NCBI GenBank assembly: GCA_049512315.1
Contig: JBEKXF010000006.1
Coordinates: 62,001 to 115,797, forward strand
Length of the DNA stretch: 53,797 bases
DNA from: Candidatus Aminicenantales bacterium
Lineage (GTDB): Bacteria > Acidobacteriota > Aminicenantia > Aminicenantales > Saccharicenantaceae
Reading direction: 5' to 3'
The number at the start of each line of letters is the position of its first letter. Positions within the stretch are counted from its first letter, which is position 1. The position numbers were made by a program, and so were the translations under genes. Positions 47,181-53,797 of the stretch are shown in pieces. Under the pieces are notes generated by a model that saw nothing but the letters and a program-made list of their open reading frames with translations, had not been told where the DNA came from and did no database searches.

Positions 47181-49053
47181 CTTCCGACCATGTTTCACGT
47201 GGAACATCGGCCCGTCGGTCGGCCTTTTTCCTCTGGATTTCCAGATAAAGGGCAAGGTTGTGGACGGCCGCCGGGGTCATTCCGGGGATCTTCCTGGCCT
47301 CGCCCAGCGTTCCGGGCCTGAGCTTCTCGAGCTTTTCGACGGCCTCCCGGGTGAGACCGGGCACGTGTTTGAAATCGAGCGTCAACGGGATTTTGGCCAG
47401 ATCCGTCCTTGAGGTCCTGGCAATCTCTTTCTCTTGCTTCCGGATATAGCCTTCGTATTTCACTTCCGATTCGACGAATCGCATGTCCTCGCCGCTCAAT
47501 TCTTCGCTGAATTTCCTATATTCTAGCACATTTTTGAGGCCGTTTTCAGGTTTTTTTAAATGATCAAACAGGGAAATCGTTTCCCCAGAAGCGGATTTGA
47601 TCCTTTCCGCCCTCAGGAATTTGATAACCCGATCTGATTTGGCCCACTTTTTAAGGGATCCCTCCCAGTCGCTCGCCCGGATCAGCCCAAGCTGGTGACC
47701 GTACTTCATGAGCCTCCTGTCCGCGTTGTCGATCCGCAGGATCAGCCTATGCTCAGCCCGGGAGGTGAAAAGCCGATAAGGCTCCTCGACCCCCCGGGTG
47801 ACGAGGTCGTCGATGAGCACCCCGATATAGGCCTCGCCTCTTCCCAGAATGAAAGGCCTCTTCTTCAGGATCTGGAGCCCGGCGTTGATTCCGGACATGA
47901 TCCCCTGGGCGGCCGCCTCTTCATAGCCGGAAGTCCCGTTGATCTGTCCGGCCAGGTAGAGCCCCCTGATTTTCCTCGTTTCGAGAGTATGAAGAAGCTC
48001 GATAGGGGAGACGGCATCGTATTCGATCCCGTAGGCCGGGCGCAGGACTTTGGCCCTGTCCAGGCCGGGAATGGTGGCCAAGATCTCCTTTTGGACCTCA
48101 AAAGGAAGGCTCGAGGACATCCCGTTGACATAGGTTTCCGATGTTTCAAGCCCTTCCGGCTCCAGGAAAAACTGGTGGCGGGCATGATGAGGGAATTTGA
48201 CCACCTTGTCTTCGATAGAAGGGCAGTAGCGGGGCCCGATGCCGGTTATCTTTCCGCTGTAGAGGGGGGACTTATCCAGGTTCTTGCGGATCACGGCGTG
48301 GGTCCGATCGTTTGTGTATCCCAGATGGCAGAGGACTTTGTTCTCGACAGGTTTCAGGGTCCGGAAGGAAAAGGGCACGGGTTCGTCATCCCCAGGTTGC
48401 GGCGTGAAGCTCTCCCAGCCGATCGTGTTCCGGTCGAGCCGCATGGGAGTGCCCGTTTTCAGCCGGATCCCCTTCAAGCCCATTCTTTTCAGGGCTTCGG
48501 CCAGCTCGACGGAAGCGGGCTCGTTGGCCCGGCCGGCCGGATAGCTTTCAAGGCCGATATGAATGACCCCGTTGAGGAAAGTCCCCGGGGTCAGGATGAC
48601 CGCCCGGCTGTCGAGGACGGTGCCGTCTAAGGTCCGTACCCCGCGGGCCCGGCCGGCCTTGATAACGACTTCGGAAACGATGCCCTGAAAGACCGTCAGG
48701 TTCGGAATCCCCTCAAGACGGCGCTTCATGGCCAGGCGGTAGCGGGCCTTGTCGCATTGGGCCCTGGGGGCTTGGACCGCCCCTCCCCGGCTCCGGTTGA
48801 GGAGCCGGAACTGGATGCCCGTCTCGTCCGTTATCTCCCCCATCAGCCCCCCCAGGGCATCGATCTCGCGGACGAGATGGCCTTTGGCCAGCCCGCCTAT
48901 GGCCGGATTGCAGGACATCTGGGCGATCGTGTCGAGGTGGATCGTAACCAGGCAGGCCTTGAGGCCCAGGGCGCAGACGGCGGCCGCCGCCTCGCAGCCG
49001 GCGTGGCCGGCGCCGACCACGACAACATCATAATAACCCTGGTCGTTTTTCAT
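47173..49053 (-). CDS. mnmG: tRNA uridine 5-carboxymethylaminomethyl modification enzyme
   Basis: [30 protein letters not shown] and [17 protein letters not shown]. Confidence 0.96.
   Translation of the reverse strand: MKNDQGYYDVVVVGAGHAGCEAAAAVCALGLKACLVTIHLDTIAQMSCNPAIGGLAKGHLVREIDALGGLMGEITDETGIQFRLLNRSRGGAVQAPRAQCDKARYRLAMKRRLEGIPNLTVFQGIVSEVVIKAGRARGVRTLDGTVLDSRAVILTPGTFLNGVIHIGLESYPAGRANEPASVELAEALKRMGLKGIRLKTGTPMRLDRNTIGWESFTPQPGDDEPVPFSFRTLKPVENKVLCHLGYTNDRTHAVIRKNLDKSPLYSGKITGIGPRYCPSIEDKVVKFPHHARHQFFLEPEGLETSETYVNGMSSSLPFEVQKEILATIPGLDRAKVLRPAYGIEYDAVSPIELLHTLETRKIRGLYLAGQINGTSGYEEAAAQGIMSGINAGLQILKKRPFILGRGEAYIGVLIDDLVTRGVEEPYRLFTSRAEHRLILRIDNADRRLMKYGHQLGLIRASDWEGSLKKWAKSDRVIKFLRAERIKSASGETISLFDHLKKPENGLKNVLEYRKFSEELSGEDMRFVESEVKYEGYIRKQEKEIARTSRTDLAKIPLTLDFKHVPGLTREAVEKLEKLRPGTLGEARKIPGMTPAAVHNLALYLEIQRKKADRRADVPRETWSEDE
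47191..47206. promoter_or_regulatory. parS centromere site
   Basis: TGTTTCACGTGGAACA; its reverse complement TGTTCCACGTGAAACA matches the parS consensus. Lies 11 nt before the parA start, inside mnmG. Confidence 0.9.
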
Positions 49054-49061
49054 CCGCCAAC

Positions 49062-50432
49062 CTATTTTCCCACGCAGAAACGGCTAAAGATCTCAGCCAT
49101 GACTTCGTCCGACCTGATCTCCCCTGTCAGCCGGCCGAGCAGGGAAACCGCCCTTCTGAGTTCCTCGGCGTAGGTCTCCTCCGTCTGCCCGGCTTCGAGA
49201 AGCCGGCCGGCTTCGCCGAGCGCCTCGCGGATCTCGAGGAGAATGTCCCTCTGCCTGGCATGGAGAACCACCTCCTCCCCGGGGTCGACCGAGGGAATGA
49301 ACGCCCGGCGGATCTCGGCCCTCAGCTTGTCCAGATTCGTCCCCCTGAGGGCGGAGACTTCAATAAGCGGGGCGCTTCCCGACAGGGTCCGGAGCCTTCG
49401 CCTGTCGATCCGGCAGGGCAGTTCGGCTTTATTCAGGACAAGGAGGGCTTTTTTCCCTCTGAATCTCCTGATCAATTGTTCGTCCTCGGCCCTTTCCGGC
49501 CGGGACCCGTCGAGGACGATAAGGAGGCCGTCCGCCTCCCGGGCGATTTTCTGCCCCTTGAGAATCCCTTTTTTCTCGACGGGATGGGCGGCCTTCCCCA
49601 GGCCGGCCATGTCCACGAGGTGGATGACAAAGTCATCGATGACGATCTCTTCCCTGAGATAATCCCTGGTCGTTCCGGGGTAAGGGGTCACGATGGCCCT
49701 GTCCTCCTCGAGAAGGGCGTTGAATAGGGTCGACTTGCCGACGTTCGTCCGGCCGGTGATAGCCAGCGTAACCCCCTCGCTCAGGGCCCGCCCCGCCTGG
49801 AAGCTCCCAATGAGCCCATCCAGTCCGGCCGCCAGGGCCGCCAGCACCCTGCCCTGCCTCGCCGGGGTCGCCTTCAGGCCCTCTTCGGGGAATTCGATCC
49901 CGGCTTCCACCTGGGCGACCAGACGGATGAGGCCTGACCTGAAGCCCCGGATCCTCTTCGAAAGCCCCCCCGAAAGCTGCCGGAACGATATCCGGGCCTG
50001 GGTCAGGGACGCCGACCGGATGAGGTCGTTTACGGCTTCGGCCTGGACGATATCCAGGCGGCCGTTGACGTAGGCCCTGAGGGTGAATTCCCCATGGTGG
50101 GCGGGCCGCGCCCCGGCCTGGACGCCCAGCCGGACGGCCTCCTCGAGGACGACGGGGCTGCCATGGCAGCTCAACTCGACCACGTCCTCCCGGGTATAGG
50201 AATGAGGGGCTTTGTAATAGGTCAGAAAAGCCTCGTCAAGGACCTCTTTTTTCCCCGGGTCGAACAGGTTCCCCAGGACGGGGCGCCTGACGGGAAAAGC
50301 GCGGCCTCGGCCGCGCCCGGACTTGAAGATCCTTCCGGCCACGGCCAAGGCCTTTTTTCCGCTGAGCCGGACGATCCCAAGTCCACCGATCCCCCGAGGG
50401 GTCGATATGGCAATGATCGTGTCTTCGAGCAT
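49062..50432 (-). CDS. mnmE: tRNA modification GTPase
   Basis: [30 protein letters not shown] and C-terminal FCVGK. Confidence 0.95.
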   Translation of the reverse strand: MLEDTIIAISTPRGIGGLGIVRLSGKKALAVAGRIFKSGRGRGRAFPVRRPVLGNLFDPGKKEVLDEAFLTYYKAPHSYTREDVVELSCHGSPVVLEEAVRLGVQAGARPAHHGEFTLRAYVNGRLDIVQAEAVNDLIRSASLTQARISFRQLSGGLSKRIRGFRSGLIRLVAQVEAGIEFPEEGLKATPARQGRVLAALAAGLDGLIGSFQAGRALSEGVTLAITGRTNVGKSTLFNALLEEDRAIVTPYPGTTRDYLREEIVIDDFVIHLVDMAGLGKAAHPVEKKGILKGQKIAREADGLLIVLDGSRPERAEDEQLIRRFRGKKALLVLNKAELPCRIDRRRLRTLSGSAPLIEVSALRGTNLDKLRAEIRRAFIPSVDPGEEVVLHARQRDILLEIREALGEAGRLLEAGQTEETYAEELRRAVSLLGRLTGEIRSDEVMAEIFSRFCVGK

Positions 50433-50539
50433 TTTCAGGGGCTTTCTGGCTCCCCATTGTAGAAGACGCAACGGTATTAGTAAATAGCCGCACCAATGGG
50501 CTTGTTATGGGACGACGACGGGGCTCGAGAAGCGAGGAA

Positions 50540-51181
50540 TTACTTCGGGGCGCGGAAGACCTTGACCTTCTTCAGGAACCCCTCGCCGATGCTCTCGCTG
50601 GTGATCCCCGGGACCTGGTTGACGGCGATGTGGACGATCCGGCGCTCATAGGGGTTCATGAAATCCAGGACCTCGTCACGCCCGGAGCCGGAAACCTGCT
50701 CCGCGACCTTCTGGGCGAACTCCTGGAGCTTTTTCTCCTTCCGCCGCCTGAAGAACTCACAGTCCACCTGGACCTTCACGGGCGAGATCTTGTTGAGAAC
50801 GTGCTGAAAGGCGAGGAGGAGCGCGCCGTCGTTCCGGAGGAGGATGTTCTTGTCGGGCCCGTCGAAAATGATGAAAACGATGTCCGGGCGTTTTTTGATC
50901 TGATAGGTCAGCTCCAGGGGAAAATGGGGCATGACCTTTTCCAGGAACAGATCGACGGCCTTCTCTTCCTCTTCCTTTATCGCCCAGGCCCGGATTACGA
51001 TCTCCTTGCCCTTGATCCCGAAGAGCTTGGTCTTCTCCGTGACGATCTCATAGTTGAATTTCTCCCGGGGAAGCTTCAGCCGGTGCTCGGCCAGGCTGAT
51101 GGCCTCCTCGAGGTTCCGGCCCTTATATTCCTGTCCCTCGAGGGTCGGTTGTCCGTTCTCAGTTTTTTCTTGGTTTTCCAT
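50540..51181 (-). CDS. jag: Jag/KhpB (EloR) RNA-binding protein
   Basis: Jag_N-like GRNLEEAI...KLFG; R3H motif MNPYERRIVH; follows yidC. Confidence 0.88.
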   Translation of the reverse strand: MENQEKTENGQPTLEGQEYKGRNLEEAISLAEHRLKLPREKFNYEIVTEKTKLFGIKGKEIVIRAWAIKEEEEKAVDLFLEKVMPHFPLELTYQIKKRPDIVFIIFDGPDKNILLRNDGALLLAFQHVLNKISPVKVQVDCEFFRRRKEKKLQEFAQKVAEQVSGSGRDEVLDFMNPYERRIVHIAVNQVPGITSESIGEGFLKKVKVFRAPK

Positions 51182-52829
51182 CGGGTTCTCTCTTATGGCG
51201 GCCCATCATGCGGTTCATGATGGCCTGCTGGGCGATTTGGAGGACGTTCGTGGTCAGCCAGTAAAGGACCAGGCCGCTCTGGAAGTTCATGAAAAAAAAC
51301 GTCATGATGACGGGCATGATCAGCATCATTTTGGCTTGGGAGGGGTCGGCCGAGGTCGGCGTCATCTTCTGGGAGATGAACTGGGTGAGGCCCATCAGGA
51401 TGGGCGTCACATAGTAAGGGTCGCGGACGGACAAGTCCTGGATCCAGAGGCCGAACGGGGCATGGCGGAACTCGACCGAAGCCACCAGCATCCGGAAGAC
51501 GCCCCAGAAGATCGGCAGCTGGATGAGGAGCGGGAGGCAGCCCCCGGCCGGGTTGACCCCGTGCTCCTTGTAGAGCTTCATCATCTCTTCGTTCATCTGG
51601 CGGCGCTGGGCAATGTCGGACTTGGCCTTTTTATACTTGGCCCGGATGGCCTTGACCTTGGGCTGGAGCTCGGCCATCTTGGACATCGATTTCGTCGAGC
51701 TGTAAGTCAGGGGGAAGAAGATGATCTTGATGACCAGGGTCAGAAGGATGATGGCCAGACCCCAGTTGGGCACGAGCTTGTAGAAGAACTTGACGGACAC
51801 AAGGAGGATCTCGGCGATACTGCCGAAAACCCCGAAATTGATGATCTTTTTGCCCTCGTGCCCAAAGGTCTTGAGGGCATCCAAGTCCTTGGGCCCGATG
51901 AACGCGGCTTGGGGCTGGGTGACCGATAGGAAATAGGCCGGCGCCTTGCCCTGGCCCTGGGACTCCTGGAGGAATGCGGCTTGTCCCTTTTGGGCGGGGA
52001 GGACAAAGAGCGCCGCGAAATAGTTTTCCTCATATGCGGCCCAGTCGACGAAGTTATAGGCACTCGTTTCGGGCTTGTACTTCCTCTCGTCCATCCGGAA
52101 GACCTTGCCGCCCGAATAAACGGCGGCGCCGGTGCTCGCGGTGAACCGCTGTTTCATCTCCGCCGGAGAGGGGTTGCCGATGCCGGGTCCCCAGAGGAGG
52201 GAGGGCACGATTTCCTGGCCGCTTTTCGAGACATGAAGCTCGATCTCCATCTGGTAGGTCCCGCCCGTGAAGCGGAAGACCTTCTCGGCCCGGACGGATT
52301 TTCCGTCGGAATAGGAAAACCTGACTTCATCCTTCTGGCCGTCCTTGAGGACGAGGCTCGTCCGGGAGGCTTCGAAGAAGGCCGAGTTCAGGGCCCCAGA
52401 GAAAGCGGAGTCATCGCCGCCCAGCGAGAAGGGATACCGACCAATCTCCTGGGCCGCCGCCGGGACGAGCTCCAGGGCCTCCTTCCTGTCGTTCGTGTGC
52501 TTCTTGAGCTTCCAGCTCTTGAGGACGCCGCCCTTGTTCGTCCAAGCGGCCCTGTAGAGGGAGGTCTCGACCACGACCTCTTCTTCGGTCTGGGCGCCCA
52601 TGGTCTTGAGCTCCTGGGCGGAGACGGGCTGGCCGGGAGCCTTGGGTTCCGATGTGGCTGGAGGAACCTGGCCGCCGGGCGGGGTCTGCGTCTCTCCTTG
52701 TTTCGTGACAGGGGCGGGGACGGTCACGGGCGGCGTTTCCGTCTGTGGCTTGGGCTTCACGAAGAGAAGCTGGTAACCCATCAGGACCAGAAAGGAAAGG
52801 ACGATGGCCAGGATCAATCGTTTTTCCAT
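51159..52829 (-). CDS. yidC: Membrane protein insertase
   Basis: N-terminal TM, periplasmic domain, WGLAIILLT, GGCLPLLIQLP and GLVLYW. Confidence 0.95.
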   Translation of the reverse strand: MEKRLILAIVLSFLVLMGYQLLFVKPKPQTETPPVTVPAPVTKQGETQTPPGGQVPPATSEPKAPGQPVSAQELKTMGAQTEEEVVVETSLYRAAWTNKGGVLKSWKLKKHTNDRKEALELVPAAAQEIGRYPFSLGGDDSAFSGALNSAFFEASRTSLVLKDGQKDEVRFSYSDGKSVRAEKVFRFTGGTYQMEIELHVSKSGQEIVPSLLWGPGIGNPSPAEMKQRFTASTGAAVYSGGKVFRMDERKYKPETSAYNFVDWAAYEENYFAALFVLPAQKGQAAFLQESQGQGKAPAYFLSVTQPQAAFIGPKDLDALKTFGHEGKKIINFGVFGSIAEILLVSVKFFYKLVPNWGLAIILLTLVIKIIFFPLTYSSTKSMSKMAELQPKVKAIRAKYKKAKSDIAQRRQMNEEMMKLYKEHGVNPAGGCLPLLIQLPIFWGVFRMLVASVEFRHAPFGLWIQDLSVRDPYYVTPILMGLTQFISQKMTPTSADPSQAKMMLIMPVIMTFFFMNFQSGLVLYWLTTNVLQIAQQAIMNRMMGRHKREPDGKPRKN

Positions 52830-52840
52830 ATCGTTTCCTC

Positions 52841-53050
52841 TCAGGGCACGGGGTCGATCCCGCCCTCATGAAAAGGATGGCACCGGAGGAGCCGTCGGAC
52901 CCCCAGGCCCGTCCCCTTGATCAGGCCGTACCTTTTGATCGCCTCATAAGTATAGGACGAGCAGGTCGGCTGGAACCGGCAATGGGTCCCCAGGAAAGGG
53001 GAGAGGACGGCTTGATAGGCCCTGATCAGGAGGAGCGCGACCCGTTTCAC
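52841..53050 (-). CDS. yidD: Membrane protein insertion efficiency factor
   Basis: [15 protein letters not shown] and GGIDPVP. Confidence 0.93.
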   Translation of the reverse strand: MKRVALLLIRAYQAVLSPFLGTHCRFQPTCSSYTYEAIKRYGLIKGTGLGVRRLLRCHPFHEGGIDPVP

Positions 53051-53403
53051 GATGAAGTCCCTTTCTTCTTGATCGATTCCAACGCCTGAAAATAGCCGGC
53101 CCTGAGCTCCGGCGCGCTGAGGCCCAGGATCTCCTTGCGGGTCACGACGATGAGGTCCATGGGTTCCGCGAGAAGGCCCTTGTTCCGGCGAAAGAGGTCA
53201 CGGATCCGCCGCTTGACCCTGTTGCGCGTGACGGCGGGCCCGACTTTCTTGCTGACGACGACGGCCAGCCTCGAAAAACCGAGAGGGTTGGGCCGATAAA
53301 CCAGGTTGAAATATCGCCCTCGAAAGCGGCTGCCGTTCCTATAAAGACTTGTGAAGTCCTTTTGCCTACGGATCCTCTCGCGAGGCGTCAGACGCTCATT
53401 CAT
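53047..53403 (-). CDS. rnpA: Ribonuclease P protein component
   Basis: [22 protein letters not shown] motif. Confidence 0.94.
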   Translation of the reverse strand: MNERLTPRERIRRQKDFTSLYRNGSRFRGRYFNLVYRPNPLGFSRLAVVVSKKVGPAVTRNRVKRRIRDLFRRNKGLLAEPMDLIVVTRKEILGLSAPELRAGYFQALESIKKKGTSS

Positions 53404-53537
53404 CCGACAGAAACGCGTTTTCTGCCCTTACGCCTTCTGCTCTTGAGGACTTCTTGACCGCCTTTGGTCTTCATCCGGACGCGAAACCCGTGGGTCTTCT
53501 TCCGCCTGCGGTTGTTCGGCTGAAAGGTTCTCTTCAT
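53400..53537 (-). CDS. rpmH: 50S ribosomal protein L34
   Basis: Not in the ORF track. Manual translation [49 protein letters not shown] overlap with rnpA. Confidence 0.96.
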   Translation of the reverse strand: MKRTFQPNNRRRKKTHGFRVRMKTKGGQEVLKSRRRKGRKRVSVG

Positions 53538-53563
53538 TCTCGTTTAACACCTGTAAAGTGGGT

Positions 53564-53592
53564 ATGTTACCCGAACCCCCCGGGCCTGTCAA
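53564..53592 (-). promoter_or_regulatory. Sigma-70-type promoter of the rpmH operon
   Basis: Minus strand TTGACA (53592-53587), 17 nt, TAACAT (53569-53564). Confidence 0.6.
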
Positions 53593-53684
53593 GCCTGCAA
53601 AAACGGCCGTCTAGCCCCGTTCCCCGGGTCTCGCGGGGAACGGGCGGCCCGGGGAAGACCCCCCCCCCGGACAATACGTGTTGC

Positions 53685-53731
53685 GGCAACGTGATAATTT
53701 CCGCTTTGGGCAACGTGAATATTTCCGCTTT
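53685..53731 (+). repeat. Imperfect 23-bp direct repeat, two copies, 24-bp period
   Basis: GGCAACGTGATAATTTCCGCTTT (53685-53707) and GGCAACGTGAATATTTCCGCTTT (53709-53731). Confidence 0.8.
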
Positions 53732-53797
53732 TTTGGGCTAAGGTACTCCTCCGGACAGGAGGAGGGCCGGCCCCGTGCGAGAGGAACTGATCACGTT

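Noticed and set aside
47181..47255. ParA N-terminal extension containing MFHVKH
   Set aside because: MFHVKH is simply the translation of the parS palindrome; the family-typical start is MNKII at 47180.
1..53797. CRISPR arrays, tRNA/rRNA genes, prophage or IS elements
   Set aside because: None recognised by eye; intergenic spaces are short and show no repeat-spacer periodicity. A covariance-model scan would be needed to exclude small RNAs.

Overview
This is a 53.8-kb, GC-rich bacterial chromosomal segment, probably from a diderm anaerobe; an Acidobacteriota/Aminicenantes-like origin is my impression only. It lies next to the likely replication origin. The right end holds the conserved origin cluster rpmH-rnpA-yidD-yidC-jag-mnmE-mnmG-parA-parB, here lacking rsmG, extended by a bactofilin gene, and carrying a parS site inside mnmG. 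Next come pyrG, a phosphomannomutase, manC and an exported M16 peptidase pair. The middle holds housekeeping and repair genes (aspS, hisS, accA, rlmB, archaeal-type thyA, ogt, two tandem long-chain acyl-CoA ligases, radC, recA, sod, uvrA, mntP). The left end is more accessory. Top candidate for an undescribed system: a compact operon acpS - AMP-forming acetate ligase - standalone carrier protein - kbl, suggesting carrier-protein-based rather than CoA-based acetyl transfer in glycine/2-amino-3-ketobutyrate chemistry. Other leads: (1) a sigma-54 promoter driving an exported membrane protein plus a Fis-HTH-only protein; (2) a kinase-like fold fused to a multipass membrane domain; (3) an M16 peptidase with an MPP-alpha-like glycine-rich loop; (4) a twin-arginine CrtI/RetSat-like oxidoreductase - MenA/UBIAD1-like prenyltransferase - CPBP operon. 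I saw no rRNA, tRNA, CRISPR array, transposase or integrase. All calls come from motif recognition by eye; no searches were run.
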